Shown piece after piece: positions 45,319-55,032 of a stretch of 64,000 nt of DNA (position 1 is the stretch's first letter; each line of letters begins with the position of its first letter). Under the pieces are notes generated by a model that had not been told where the DNA came from, did not search any database, and was given only the letters and a program-made list of their open reading frames with translations. The DNA is taken from NCBI GenBank assembly GCA_902800185.1, contig CADCDK010000002.1, forward strand, positions 49,651 through 113,650. The letters run 5' to 3'. Position numbers and translations under genes: made by a program. This DNA comes from an uncultured Prevotellaceae bacterium (GTDB taxonomy: Bacteria; Bacteroidota; Bacteroidia; Bacteroidales; Bacteroidaceae).

Positions 45319-48300
45319 TTATTCCAACGTGTCCAATAGAATGAATGAAGCCCAGAAATAGGGACTACTGTAGTCGTTTTCGGGGTACTCGCGAAGTGTT
45401 TTCTGTGCGTTGAGGAAAGCCTCGTGCTTGGTCTGTCCGCTCATCAGATTGGCATAGAATGTACTCATCATCAGTCTGGTGGCTTGGTCGGAGACACTCC
45501 ACAGACTCATGAGCAGTGACTTCGCCCCTGCTTTCTTGAAGCCACGCTGTATGCCGAACACACCATCATCCTTGATTTCGCCCAGTCCAGTCTGACAGGC
45601 AGAGAGAACGACGAGGTCTGCGTCGCTCAAGTTGACTTTGGCAATCTCTTTGGCAGTGAGCACGCCGTCATCCAGATCTCGTGGTGTACGGTTGCCCGTC
45701 AGGGTGTAGTTGGCACCGGCGAGGAGTAGTCCCGAGAAGTTAAGCGAATTTTCCGTATCGCTCTCGTCATCGGAGATGGCAAAGGCGAGCTGCTGTCTAT
45801 TTTTTTTGATTTCATCCTCGGGGATGTAGAAGCCGTGTGTGGCAATGTGGATCAGTTGCTGCCCGCTTCCGCTGAGTGCCTTGAATGTCTCCTCGACGCC
45901 TTGTCCCCTGAGGAGCATGCGGGTGTCCACACCACTCATCATCAACTGTTCGCCGATAGCCTCTGCCTCATGAAGGGTTCCTTCAAGATAACCCACGCTG
46001 CCTCTGGTAGAGAGGGAGTCAAGTGCCCGGGTGTCATCATCGAAGAAGAATTCGTCTTCCAGTTCCTCGTAGTCGGCATAGCTCAGGTCGTAGTTGGCGT
46101 TCTTTGCGTTCTCATGCTGTTCCTGCAACTCGGCCAATGTCATGTCGTAGGTGAGTCCTCCGTACACGGTGGCGCGGGTGATGGCATTCTTTTCTTGCGG
46201 CTGTGCGAGCGATTTGGTTGACGATAGTCGGTAGAGGTTGTAGTGCTCTCCTATGCGGGAGTTCTCGTCGCAGTAGAGGTATTCGATGCCAAGCTGGTAG
46301 AGCATGCCCGACGGCGAGAAATAAATCTTGTCAATACCGTCAAGCTGTTCCATCAAGGGCTTCCAAAACAGGCTTCCAAACTCCACGCTATTGTAAACCG
46401 CATTGACACAAAGCCGGTTGGAGAGTGCAGAGCGCAGAGGGAGTGCGTTGAACTTGATGTCCTCGATATCAGCATCACTGAAAAGACGGATGAGCCGTGG
46501 CGAGCTCCACCCCTTGCGCAGGAGCAGGGCGATGTAGGTGCGCCCCGTGCCCAAGACTTCAACCTCGGCAAACTCAATGGCAGCCTCGTTGTCTCCCAGA
46601 GCATTGGCCACCTCCGCCATGCCGATGTTCAGGTTGTCGGTGAAGTTACCATACTCCTTGCATCCGCGTACAAGTTCGCGCTCCAGCGAGTAGATATTGC
46701 GATTAAGCTTGTCCATGTCCTCGGTGCGCTCCTCAACAGGGAGTTTGTACTGCGCGTCCTTCTGTTCGTATAGTGCAGTGAGCTGGTTGAACTTCTTCTG
46801 CATGTCGGTGTCGCCACTTCGGCGGAGTATTTCGCGGAAGTCGATATCGGAGTTCAGTAGGATGCCTTTCATAAAGAGCTGCGAATTGTAGGCATCGGTA
46901 GCCATCTGTTCGTTGCTCCTGTCCATGTATGCCAGTGTTGGTGCGTACTTGAAGATGTACTGTTTCTGGTTCCAGTAGTGTTCACGCTCGTTACTGGTAA
47001 GGTGCAGGAAGTTGTTCCTGACGATATCCGACTGCATGTCGATGGCACGCGAGTAGTTCTTGGTGGCCTGGCTCAGGTTTCCGTCCTTGCTTTGATAAAC
47101 AGCCAAGTTGTAGAGCAGAGTCACGTTATCAGGGTGTTCTTCGCCAAGGAGCTTCTGCTCAATGCCGATGGCGCGTTGCGTGTAATCGATGGCAAGCTTA
47201 GTGGCATCGCTCATGAAATTGTAGAGTCCTACGTTGGTCAGAATCTTGGCGTAGATGGTGCTGAGTGTATCCTTGCGCCTCTCGTAGATGTCGGCGGCTT
47301 GCATGGCGTAGTCGATGGCGCGTATGTAGTCCTTAGCATGGTAGTAGAGTGTTGACGTGTTGTTGAGTACCTGTGCAAAAGAAGCTCCTTGCTGTTGCTG
47401 CCCCTTGAAAAGGGCGATGGCTTCTTCGGCTATGGCGAGTGCTTCTTCCTGCCTGCCACTATTGAAGGTGTAGGTGGCAATGCTACCCATTGACGCAGCG
47501 ATGTTGAGCGTGTCCTTGCGTCGTTGGAAGATGTCGAGAGCCTTACGCTCGTGCTCGATGGCTCGTGTGTAGTTGCCATTGGAGGCGAAGATGGATGCCT
47601 GCTTGCTGAGTGACTTGGCGTATTTCTGGTTCTGCGACACACTGAGCTGTTCGCCGATAACATCACTCTCGTTGGCGAGCTCGTCGGCCTTGGTGAGGTT
47701 TCCTGTGTTCTTGTAAACGGCGGAGAGGTCGTTCATGCACCGGACATAGTCAGGATGGGCCTTGCCCACGAAGTGCTCGATGATGGGTAGTGCCTTCTCC
47801 AGCATGGTGGCGGCGGTCTTGTTGTCATCGATATGGGTATGGAAGGTAGCGGCATTGGTGAGTGCCTTGCTGTAGGCAAGAGTGTTGTCCATGCCTGCAT
47901 TCTCGTATCCGACGAGGGCTTCGTCGGCATATTTGATGGCTTCAGCGCTATTGCCAGCCTTGAAGAGGCGTATGGCGAGATTGTTGAGCACGGTGGCATA
48001 CTGCCCGCCGTCGGCTTGCAGGCGTTTGCGTGCTTCCTTGAGTGCAAGCTCCGACATTTCCGTAGCTTTGGCATTCTGTCCGTTCATGGAGTAATAGACC
48101 ACCAGACTGTTCAAGCAGTTGGCATATTCGGGTGTTCCCTTCTTGATGTACTTCAGGACCTGCTCACCCATGTGGACGGCACGTGCCAGATCGCCCTCAT
48201 TGCCGCGATAGGCGAAGTACGAGGCGATGTTGTTGAGCGCGATGTTATAGAAGTTGTGCTTCACCCCAAACTCCTTGTGGTACATTTCCAGAGCCTGTTC

Positions 48301-48696
48301 ACCCGTGGCAATGGCTTTGTCGTAGTCACCTGACTGACCATAAATGGTTGACAAGTCGCTCATGGCACTTGCCCATTGTGCAGGGGTGCAGTCGGGCGCG
48401 GTCTTGCGCACTTCGATAATCTCCTCCTGCAGGGCTACGGCTTCCTTGATGTGTCCCTTAGAGACTTCTCGCTTCACCAGATAGTTCAGAACCTGGGTGT
48501 AGGCGAAGTCCTTTGTGGCTCCCTGCTCCTTGAACATGCTGACCCATTGGGCGTAGAGGCTGTCGGCGGTGACAGTCTCATGACGTCTGTATGCCTTGTC
48601 GGCATTCTCCAGCAATTTGTCCAACTCCTTTGTCTGAGCCTGCAAGGTGACGGGCAGCAGCAACAGGCAGAGGAGCAGTTGCAGTTGTCTCTTCAT
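45319..48696 (-). CDS. secreted TPR-repeat CHAT-domain (caspase-like) protease
   Basis: Signal peptide; many TPR-like repeats (YANCLNSL, YATVLNNLA, HPDY..NDL); CHAT dyad HIATHG and LVVLSACQTG; GAKSLLMSLWSVSD; PYFWASFILL. Confidence 0.92.
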   Translation of the reverse strand: MKRQLQLLLCLLLLPVTLQAQTKELDKLLENADKAYRRHETVTADSLYAQWVSMFKEQGATKDFAYTQVLNYLVKREVSKGHIKEAVALQEEIIEVRKTAPDCTPAQWASAMSDLSTIYGQSGDYDKAIATGEQALEMYHKEFGVKHNFYNIALNNIASYFAYRGNEGDLARAVHMGEQVLKYIKKGTPEYANCLNSLVVYYSMNGQNAKATEMSELALKEARKRLQADGGQYATVLNNLAIRLFKAGNSAEAIKYADEALVGYENAGMDNTLAYSKALTNAATFHTHIDDNKTAATMLEKALPIIEHFVGKAHPDYVRCMNDLSAVYKNTGNLTKADELANESDVIGEQLSVSQNQKYAKSLSKQASIFASNGNYTRAIEHERKALDIFQRRKDTLNIAASMGSIATYTFNSGRQEEALAIAEEAIALFKGQQQQGASFAQVLNNTSTLYYHAKDYIRAIDYAMQAADIYERRKDTLSTIYAKILTNVGLYNFMSDATKLAIDYTQRAIGIEQKLLGEEHPDNVTLLYNLAVYQSKDGNLSQATKNYSRAIDMQSDIVRNNFLHLTSNEREHYWNQKQYIFKYAPTLAYMDRSNEQMATDAYNSQLFMKGILLNSDIDFREILRRSGDTDMQKKFNQLTALYEQKDAQYKLPVEERTEDMDKLNRNIYSLERELVRGCKEYGNFTDNLNIGMAEVANALGDNEAAIEFAEVEVLGTGRTYIALLLRKGWSSPRLIRLFSDADIEDIKFNALPLRSALSNRLCVNAVYNSVEFGSLFWKPLMEQLDGIDKIYFSPSGMLYQLGIEYLYCDENSRIGEHYNLYRLSSTKSLAQPQEKNAITRATVYGGLTYDMTLAELQEQHENAKNANYDLSYADYEELEDEFFFDDDTRALDSLSTRGSVGYLEGTLHEAEAIGEQLMMSGVDTRMLLRGQGVEETFKALSGSGQQLIHIATHGFYIPEDEIKKNRQQLAFAISDDESDTENSLNFSGLLLAGANYTLTGNRTPRDLDDGVLTAKEIAKVNLSDADLVVLSACQTGLGEIKDDGVFGIQRGFKKAGAKSLLMSLWSVSDQATRLMMSTFYANLMSGQTKHEAFLNAQKTLREYPENDYSSPYFWASFILLDTLE

Positions 48697-48714
48697 TTTG
48701 TGTGGATGGTGAAG

Positions 48715-49185
48715 TTATGGTTTGTCGGACATGTCGATGGAATCGGCAGGTTGCTGAATGGTTGCTGGCTTGATGAAAAGCGAGTCGGTGTCGTCGCGGA
48801 AAATAGTTGTGGCGTTGTCGGTCTCCACAGTGTTAGTGACGAGCTTCCCCTTGAGGTTCTTGATGATGTAGGAGAAATACTGCGGCGTGACGGTTTTCTC
48901 GGCACCCACCTGTTCCTTGATGAGCGCTTTGATGGTGCCGTGGCACTTGCCGTTCAGCGTAACCAGTTTATGTCCCTTGTGGTCGAAGAGCCTGATGGAG
49001 CTTTTCTCGGGAATGGTCAACACGTCTTCAGGTGTCAGTTTGGTACGCACAAGGATGGTGCTCTTTTCCTTATTCACAAGTCTTGTCACGTTGCCAGTGA
49101 CGGTATAGACGATGTAGGACTGTGCCTGTAGGCAGGTTGCCGCCATTGCGAAAAGGATGGTTAGTAGTAAATGTTTCATTGTCAT
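48715..49185 (-). CDS. small secreted protein (FecR-like beta region, tentative)
   Basis: Signal peptide ending CLQA-Q; VYTVTGNV..L..EDVLTIPEKSSIRL pattern; lies between the CHASE2 and CHAT genes. Confidence 0.7.
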   Translation of the reverse strand: MTMKHLLLTILFAMAATCLQAQSYIVYTVTGNVTRLVNKEKSTILVRTKLTPEDVLTIPEKSSIRLFDHKGHKLVTLNGKCHGTIKALIKEQVGAEKTVTPQYFSYIIKNLKGKLVTNTVETDNATTIFRDDTDSLFIKPATIQQPADSIDMSDKP

Positions 49186-49229
49186 GTCTGTTGAATTGTC
49201 TGTCTGTGATTTCTTATATGCTTCTTGGA

Positions 49230-50405
49230 CTAAATCTCATGGGCGTAGATGGACTTCTTCCAAATGTTGATGTTATACTTCTTGAGGATGGCGAGAATTC
49301 CCTTGTAAATGAGTCGTCCTTCGCCGGTGAAGACAATGGTCGAGAGGGCGATAATGGTGTCGAAGTAGTAGTTGCACTTGACATAGAGGAGGAAGCTGAG
49401 CCAGGTCAGGATGACCATGATGGAGAAGTAGATAATCTTCACGTAGAGGGCGGAGGTGGTGAAGAACACCATGACCGCGCTCTTGCGGTTGCGGGCAAAC
49501 TGCTTGAAGCAGGTGTCAATCATGTTGGTCAGGCAGCCTACGATGAAGGCGAGGAGCAGCATAAGCGGCAGCCCGGCTTCCTGCACGTCGAAGCCCTCTA
49601 TCATGGATAGCAGGGCGTAGGCGATGACTTCCAGCCCCGACATCTTGCCCGTTGGGGTGTAGTGCATGTCGCCCTGTTCCTTGGTGGTACCGAGCAGGAC
49701 GATGCGGTTCTTGATGAGCTCAGGGTGCTGGTCAATCTCCTTCCAGCTGACGATGGGGAATCCGATGGGTTTGTAGTTGATAAGGTGATCCTGGCGGCAG
49801 TTCTCTACGTCGAAGCCCTCCGCCTTGGCTATCTGTGCCGGGAGCGAAAGCTGTTTCTTGCCATTGTATGTATAGCTGATGTTGTAACGGCGTATGCTGC
49901 GCGCCTCGTCGGTCATGGCATTGGTGAAGCCCTCGGTGACGGGTACGTCTTCGACGAAGAAAGAGTGTACGGAGTTGGTGAACTCGCTACCATCGTAGTC
50001 AAGCAGCTTGTAGGCGGCGACGGCCTTGTCGGTGCAAGCGAAGAAGGCATCGGTCAGCCGGCCGTCAGCCACAAGGTCTTCCTTATGCCCTTCAAAGATG
50101 ATGTCCACGCCGATTCGTCTGGGATTCATGGCGTTGACCTTTTCAATCAGGTTGGCAATGCTGTCGCGTCGGTACAGCTCGGTCATATCCACAAGCGTGA
50201 TGAGATCCGAACTTTCTTTCTCCTCACTGGCATTCAAAATGCCATAGTAGATATTCGACATGGTGAAGGTCTTCAGCGAGCGTGCCACAGGGTTCAGGAA
50301 CGACAGGTTGAAGGTCAGCAAGACAAGTACTCCGATGATGCTCATCGAAGTCATCGTCACAAAAACGTGGTCAAGGGTCAGCAGGTTCTTAATTGTTTTC
50401 TGCAT
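49230..50405 (-). CDS. CHASE2-domain membrane protein without output domain
   Basis: N-terminal TM; ITLVDM, NPRRIGVDIIFEG, KNRIVLLG..DMHYTPTGKMSGLEVIA; about 3 C-terminal TMs and a short tail. Confidence 0.85.
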   Translation of the reverse strand: MQKTIKNLLTLDHVFVTMTSMSIIGVLVLLTFNLSFLNPVARSLKTFTMSNIYYGILNASEEKESSDLITLVDMTELYRRDSIANLIEKVNAMNPRRIGVDIIFEGHKEDLVADGRLTDAFFACTDKAVAAYKLLDYDGSEFTNSVHSFFVEDVPVTEGFTNAMTDEARSIRRYNISYTYNGKKQLSLPAQIAKAEGFDVENCRQDHLINYKPIGFPIVSWKEIDQHPELIKNRIVLLGTTKEQGDMHYTPTGKMSGLEVIAYALLSMIEGFDVQEAGLPLMLLLAFIVGCLTNMIDTCFKQFARNRKSAVMVFFTTSALYVKIIYFSIMVILTWLSFLLYVKCNYYFDTIIALSTIVFTGEGRLIYKGILAILKKYNINIWKKSIYAHEI

Positions 50406-50648
50406 GTTTCAAAAGGTCGGTTATTTAGTTGTTTTGTCTGCAAAAGTACTTTTCTTTTTCCAAATATACAAATATAAAATCTATTAAATGATGACCGATG
50501 CCTCATTTTTGTATGTTACGCATGAAAAGATGATGCGCCATGAAAGCTTTGCACACGGTGTACATAAATGTTTAAAATCGCTAATTATTTCCTCTGTTGC
50601 AGAAAAAGTTGTATCTTTGCAGATTGAAAAAATATAATCGATTATTAT

Positions 50649-51842
50649 ATGTCATCAGTAGAAATTAAGAAAGTTCGGTCGAAACGCGACTTGAAAACTT
50701 TTATTGAATTCCATTATGACCTATACAAGGGAAATAAATACGACGTGTTGAGTCTTTACGACGACGAGATAGCAACGTTGAGTAAAGATAGGAATGCGGC
50801 ATTCGACTTTTGCAAAGCCGAATATTTTCTGGCTTATAAAGATGGACGTGTGGCAGGACGTGTGGCTGCCATTATCAATGAACGTGCCAATGAGAAATGG
50901 AACCAGCGCCGTGTGCGTTTCGGATGGATAGACTTCATCGATGACCGCGAGGTGTCGGCAGCATTGTTGAAAGCTGTGGAAGACTATGGTCGCGAGAATG
51001 GCATGACCGAAGCCTGCGGTCCGCTGGGCTTCACCGACCTCGATCCCGAAGGCATGCTCACATGGGGTTTCGACCAGCTCGGTACCATCTCTACCATCTA
51101 TAACTACCCCTATTATCCCGAGCACATGGAGCACCTCGGCGGTTGGGAAAAAGACAACGACTACGTGGAGTTCAAGCTCTTCGTGCCCAAGGAGATGCCC
51201 GAGCGGTTTGCCAAAATTGCGCAGATGATTGAGAAACGCTATAACCTGCATGTGCGCAAGGTGTCGAAACGCGAAGTGCTCAAAGGCGGGTACGGGCTCA
51301 AGATTTTCCACCTGGTCAACGACACTTACAGCGATCTCTATGGATTCTCACCCCTCACCGACCGGCAAATCATGCAATACCTCGACCGCTTCATGGTAGC
51401 CATTGATATGGATCTCGTGACACTGGTTGAAGACTGGAATACTCCCGAGCACAAGCTTGTAGGCGTAGGCATCACACTGCTCTCGCTTGCTCGAGCCGTA
51501 CAGAAGTGTCGCCGTGGACGGCTGTTCCCCTTCGGGTGGTGGCACCTGCTGAAAGTGCTGAAGTTCCACAAGACAAACATTGTTGACCTGCTCATCATCG
51601 GCGTGCTGCCCGAGTACCGTATGAAGGGTGTCAACGCCATGATGTTCTACCACCTCATCCCCTACTACCAGAAGTATGGCATCGAGTGGGGAGAGACCAA
51701 CGTCGAAATGGAGACCAATGGTAGCGTGCAGAGCCAGTGGCAGGATCTCAATACCGAGTTGCACAAGCGTCGCCGCTGCTATATCAAACGGTTGGAAGAA
51801 AGACCGTCGAGTTGTCAGGACGTCAAGAGTCAGGGAGTTTAA
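50649..51842 (+). CDS. GNAT-fold N-acetyltransferase (YghO-like), paralog 1
   Basis: GRVAAIIN, VRFGWIDFIDD, GPLGFTDLDPEGML, YNYPYY, IGVLPEYR. Confidence 0.85.
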   Translation: MSSVEIKKVRSKRDLKTFIEFHYDLYKGNKYDVLSLYDDEIATLSKDRNAAFDFCKAEYFLAYKDGRVAGRVAAIINERANEKWNQRRVRFGWIDFIDDREVSAALLKAVEDYGRENGMTEACGPLGFTDLDPEGMLTWGFDQLGTISTIYNYPYYPEHMEHLGGWEKDNDYVEFKLFVPKEMPERFAKIAQMIEKRYNLHVRKVSKREVLKGGYGLKIFHLVNDTYSDLYGFSPLTDRQIMQYLDRFMVAIDMDLVTLVEDWNTPEHKLVGVGITLLSLARAVQKCRRGRLFPFGWWHLLKVLKFHKTNIVDLLIIGVLPEYRMKGVNAMMFYHLIPYYQKYGIEWGETNVEMETNGSVQSQWQDLNTELHKRRRCYIKRLEERPSSCQDVKSQGV

Positions 51843-51844
51843 GG

Positions 51845-53020
51845 ATGATTGAAATTAGGAGAATAGCCAATAATAATCGTTCTGAGCTGAAGCAATTCGT
51901 AGAGTTCAGGTATCATTTGTATCTGGACTGTGAGTATGCTGTCCCCTTTCTGCACATGGACGAGATAGACACGCTCAACAGTGATAAGAACAAAAGCTTT
52001 GAATGTTGCGAGGCAGAATACTTTATGGCTTATCGCGACGGAAAGCCTGTGGGAAGGGTGGCTGCCATCATCAACCACAGGGCCAATGAACATTGGCAGG
52101 ATAAGGTGGTTCGCTTTGGCTGGCTGGACTTTATTGATGATATCCGTGTCAGTAGAGCTTTGTTGAAGACCGTAGAGAAATGGGGACGTGAGCGTGGCAT
52201 GGAAAAGATGGTTGGTCCTATGGGCTTCACCGACATGGATCGCGAGGGCATGCTCGTCGAAGGCTTCAATGAACTTGCCACGATGTATGCCAACTACAAC
52301 TACGCCTACTACCCCAAGCACATGGAACAGATGGGCTTCGCAAAGGATAACGACTACTTGGAATATCGGATCAAAGTGCCCGATGTGGTTCCTGAGAAGT
52401 TTGGCAAGCTGGCTGAAATGGTGGAGAAACGCTATAACCTCCATGTGCGCAAAGTGACACGTCGTGAGTTGTTGCATGAGGGCTACGGCAAGAAATTCTT
52501 CGATATTGTTAACGCTACCTATAACGAGCTTTACGGCTACTCGGGACTTTCCGATGGCCAGATAGACCAGTTGGTGAACTTCTACATCAAGATTGCCGAC
52601 CTGAACTTAGTGACTGCCGTGGAAGACTGGAATGACGACCACAAGTTTGTGGGGTTTGGCATCACCTTCCCGTCGTTTTCCATCGCATTGAAGAAATGTG
52701 GGGGAAAACTGTTCCCCATCGGCTGGTGGCAGTTGCTGCGCACCATCAAGTGGCACAAGACGGATACTGTTGACTTGTTGCTCATAGGCGTGCTTCCTGA
52801 ATATCGGTCGAAGGGTGTCAACTCTCTGATCTTCAACGACCTGATACGCCAGTTCCAGCATTACGGATTCAAATGGGCAGAGGCCATGGTGCAGATGGAA
52901 ACCAACACTAACGTGCAGAGTCAGTGGCAGTATTTGGAATCAAGGCAGCACAAGCGCCATCGCTGTTACCGTAAGGAACTGCAGCATGTGAAGAAACAAA
53001 GAAAAAGAAAAGATAATTAA
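51845..53020 (+). CDS. GNAT-fold N-acetyltransferase (YghO-like), paralog 2
   Basis: Same motifs as the upstream gene; start at ATG 51845. Confidence 0.85.
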   Translation: MIEIRRIANNNRSELKQFVEFRYHLYLDCEYAVPFLHMDEIDTLNSDKNKSFECCEAEYFMAYRDGKPVGRVAAIINHRANEHWQDKVVRFGWLDFIDDIRVSRALLKTVEKWGRERGMEKMVGPMGFTDMDREGMLVEGFNELATMYANYNYAYYPKHMEQMGFAKDNDYLEYRIKVPDVVPEKFGKLAEMVEKRYNLHVRKVTRRELLHEGYGKKFFDIVNATYNELYGYSGLSDGQIDQLVNFYIKIADLNLVTAVEDWNDDHKFVGFGITFPSFSIALKKCGGKLFPIGWWQLLRTIKWHKTDTVDLLLIGVLPEYRSKGVNSLIFNDLIRQFQHYGFKWAEAMVQMETNTNVQSQWQYLESRQHKRHRCYRKELQHVKKQRKRKDN

Positions 53021-53032
53021 AACATAGAAACA

Positions 53033-55000
53033 ATGTCTGATATCGATAACAACCTAAATTCTGCATTTACCCCCGTTGACTATACTGACGAGAATATCCG
53101 GCACTTGTCGGATATGGAACATGTGCGTACCCGTCCTGGTATGTATATCGGACGATTGGGCGATGGCTCACTGCCCGAAGACGGTATTTATGTACTCCTG
53201 AAGGAAGTCATTGACAACTCTATTGACGAGTTCAAGATGCGGGCAGGAAAGCGCATCGAGGTTGATATCGACGAGAACCTGCGCGTCTCGGTCCGCGACT
53301 ATGGACGTGGCATTCCCCAAGGTAAGCTCGTGGAGGCCGTCAGTGTGCTGAACACAGGTGGTAAGTACGATTCGAAAGCCTTTAAGAAGTCAGTAGGACT
53401 GAATGGCGTGGGTGTGAAAGCTGTGAATGCGCTCAGTTCTCGCTTTGAGGTGAAGAGCTACCGTGAGGGCAAGGTGCGCTCGCTGGTGTTTGAGCGTGGA
53501 CAGTTGCAGAGCGATCTAACGGAAGACTCGTCTGATGAAAACGGAACCTATATCTTTTTCGAGCCTGATTCCACGCTTTTCAAGGGCTATCAGTTCCACA
53601 ACGACATTGTCGAGATCATGCTCCGCAACTACACCTATCTGAATTCGGGGCTCGCCATCATGTACAACGGCAGGCGAATCATCAGCCGCAATGGACTGGA
53701 GGATTTGCTCAACGACAATATGACCAACGACGGACTCTATCCCATCATCCACATGAAGGGAGAGGACATCGAGATTGCCTTCACTCATACCAACCAGTAT
53801 GGCGAGGAGTACCACTCGTTTGTCAATGGTCAGCACACGACGCAGGGCGGAACCCATCAGAGTGCTTTTAAGGAGCACATTGCCCGCACCATCAAGGAGT
53901 TCTTCGGCAAGTATGAGTATGGCGATATCCGCAACGGTTTGGTGGCTGCCATTGCCATCAATGTGGAAGAGCCCGTTTTCGAGAGCCAGACGAAGATCAA
54001 GCTGGGTTCTACGCAGATGGCTCCCGATGGTGACAGTATCAATAAGTATATAGGTGACTTCATCAAACAGCAGGTGGACAATTATCTGCATATTCATCAG
54101 GATGTAGCCGAGGTCATTGAGGGAAAGGTGAAGGAAAGTGAGCGTGAGCGCAAGGCGATGGCTGGTGTGACGAAGCTGGCTCGTGAGCGTGCCAAGAAGG
54201 CAAATCTGCACAACCGCAAGCTGCGCGATTGCCGCATTCACTATAGCGATGTGAAGAGCGAGCGCAAAGAGGAAAGTTGCATTTTTATTACCGAGGGTGA
54301 CTCTGCCAGCGGAAGCATCACCAAAAGTCGCGATGTCAATACGCAAGCAGTATTCTCTTTGCGAGGTAAACCGCTCAACTCGTTTGGCCTGACCAAGAAG
54401 GTGGTTTACGAAAATGAAGAGTTCAACCTCCTGCAGGCAGCTCTTGATATTGAAGATGGGCTCGATACGTTGCGTTACAATAAGGTTATCGTTGCTACCG
54501 ATGCCGATGTCGATGGCATGCACATCCGCCTGCTCATCATCACGTTTTTCCTACAGTTCTTCCCCGACCTTATCAAGAAGGGACATGTCTATGTGTTGCA
54601 GACACCGCTCTTCCGAGTTCGTAACCGTCGCACCAAGATTAAGAACAGGAAGGTGATTGCCAACGAAGATGAAAAACTGTCTAATGGAGGCACACAACAA
54701 AAGAAAAGCGATTTCATCACCCGCTATTGCTATAGCGAGGAAGAGCGGGCGCAGGCCATCAAAGATCTGGGACCTGATCCGGAGATTACCCGATTCAAGG
54801 GACTTGGAGAGATTTCACCAGATGAATTCGTGCATTTCATTGGACCCGACATCAGACTCGAACAAGTCACCCTTCACAAGAACGACCAGGTTCAGAAGCT
54901 GTTGGAGTATTATATGGGGAAGAACACCTCGGAACGCCAAGGATTTATCATTGATAATCTGGTCGTCGAGGAAGACCGTCCAGAAGATGAGATGATTTAA
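53033..55000 (+). CDS. parE: DNA topoisomerase IV subunit B
   Basis: [60 protein letters not shown]; Bacteroidetes ParE type. Confidence 0.9.
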   Translation: MSDIDNNLNSAFTPVDYTDENIRHLSDMEHVRTRPGMYIGRLGDGSLPEDGIYVLLKEVIDNSIDEFKMRAGKRIEVDIDENLRVSVRDYGRGIPQGKLVEAVSVLNTGGKYDSKAFKKSVGLNGVGVKAVNALSSRFEVKSYREGKVRSLVFERGQLQSDLTEDSSDENGTYIFFEPDSTLFKGYQFHNDIVEIMLRNYTYLNSGLAIMYNGRRIISRNGLEDLLNDNMTNDGLYPIIHMKGEDIEIAFTHTNQYGEEYHSFVNGQHTTQGGTHQSAFKEHIARTIKEFFGKYEYGDIRNGLVAAIAINVEEPVFESQTKIKLGSTQMAPDGDSINKYIGDFIKQQVDNYLHIHQDVAEVIEGKVKESERERKAMAGVTKLARERAKKANLHNRKLRDCRIHYSDVKSERKEESCIFITEGDSASGSITKSRDVNTQAVFSLRGKPLNSFGLTKKVVYENEEFNLLQAALDIEDGLDTLRYNKVIVATDADVDGMHIRLLIITFFLQFFPDLIKKGHVYVLQTPLFRVRNRRTKIKNRKVIANEDEKLSNGGTQQKKSDFITRYCYSEEERAQAIKDLGPDPEITRFKGLGEISPDEFVHFIGPDIRLEQVTLHKNDQVQKLLEYYMGKNTSERQGFIIDNLVVEEDRPEDEMI

Positions 55001-55032
55001 CAACACAAAGAGCAAAACACAGAACAACAGGA

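Noticed and set aside
45319-48696. CRISPR type III-E (Craspase) or gasdermin-associated CHAT
   Set aside because: No cas7-11, array or gasdermin-like gene is nearby, and the protease has a signal peptide.
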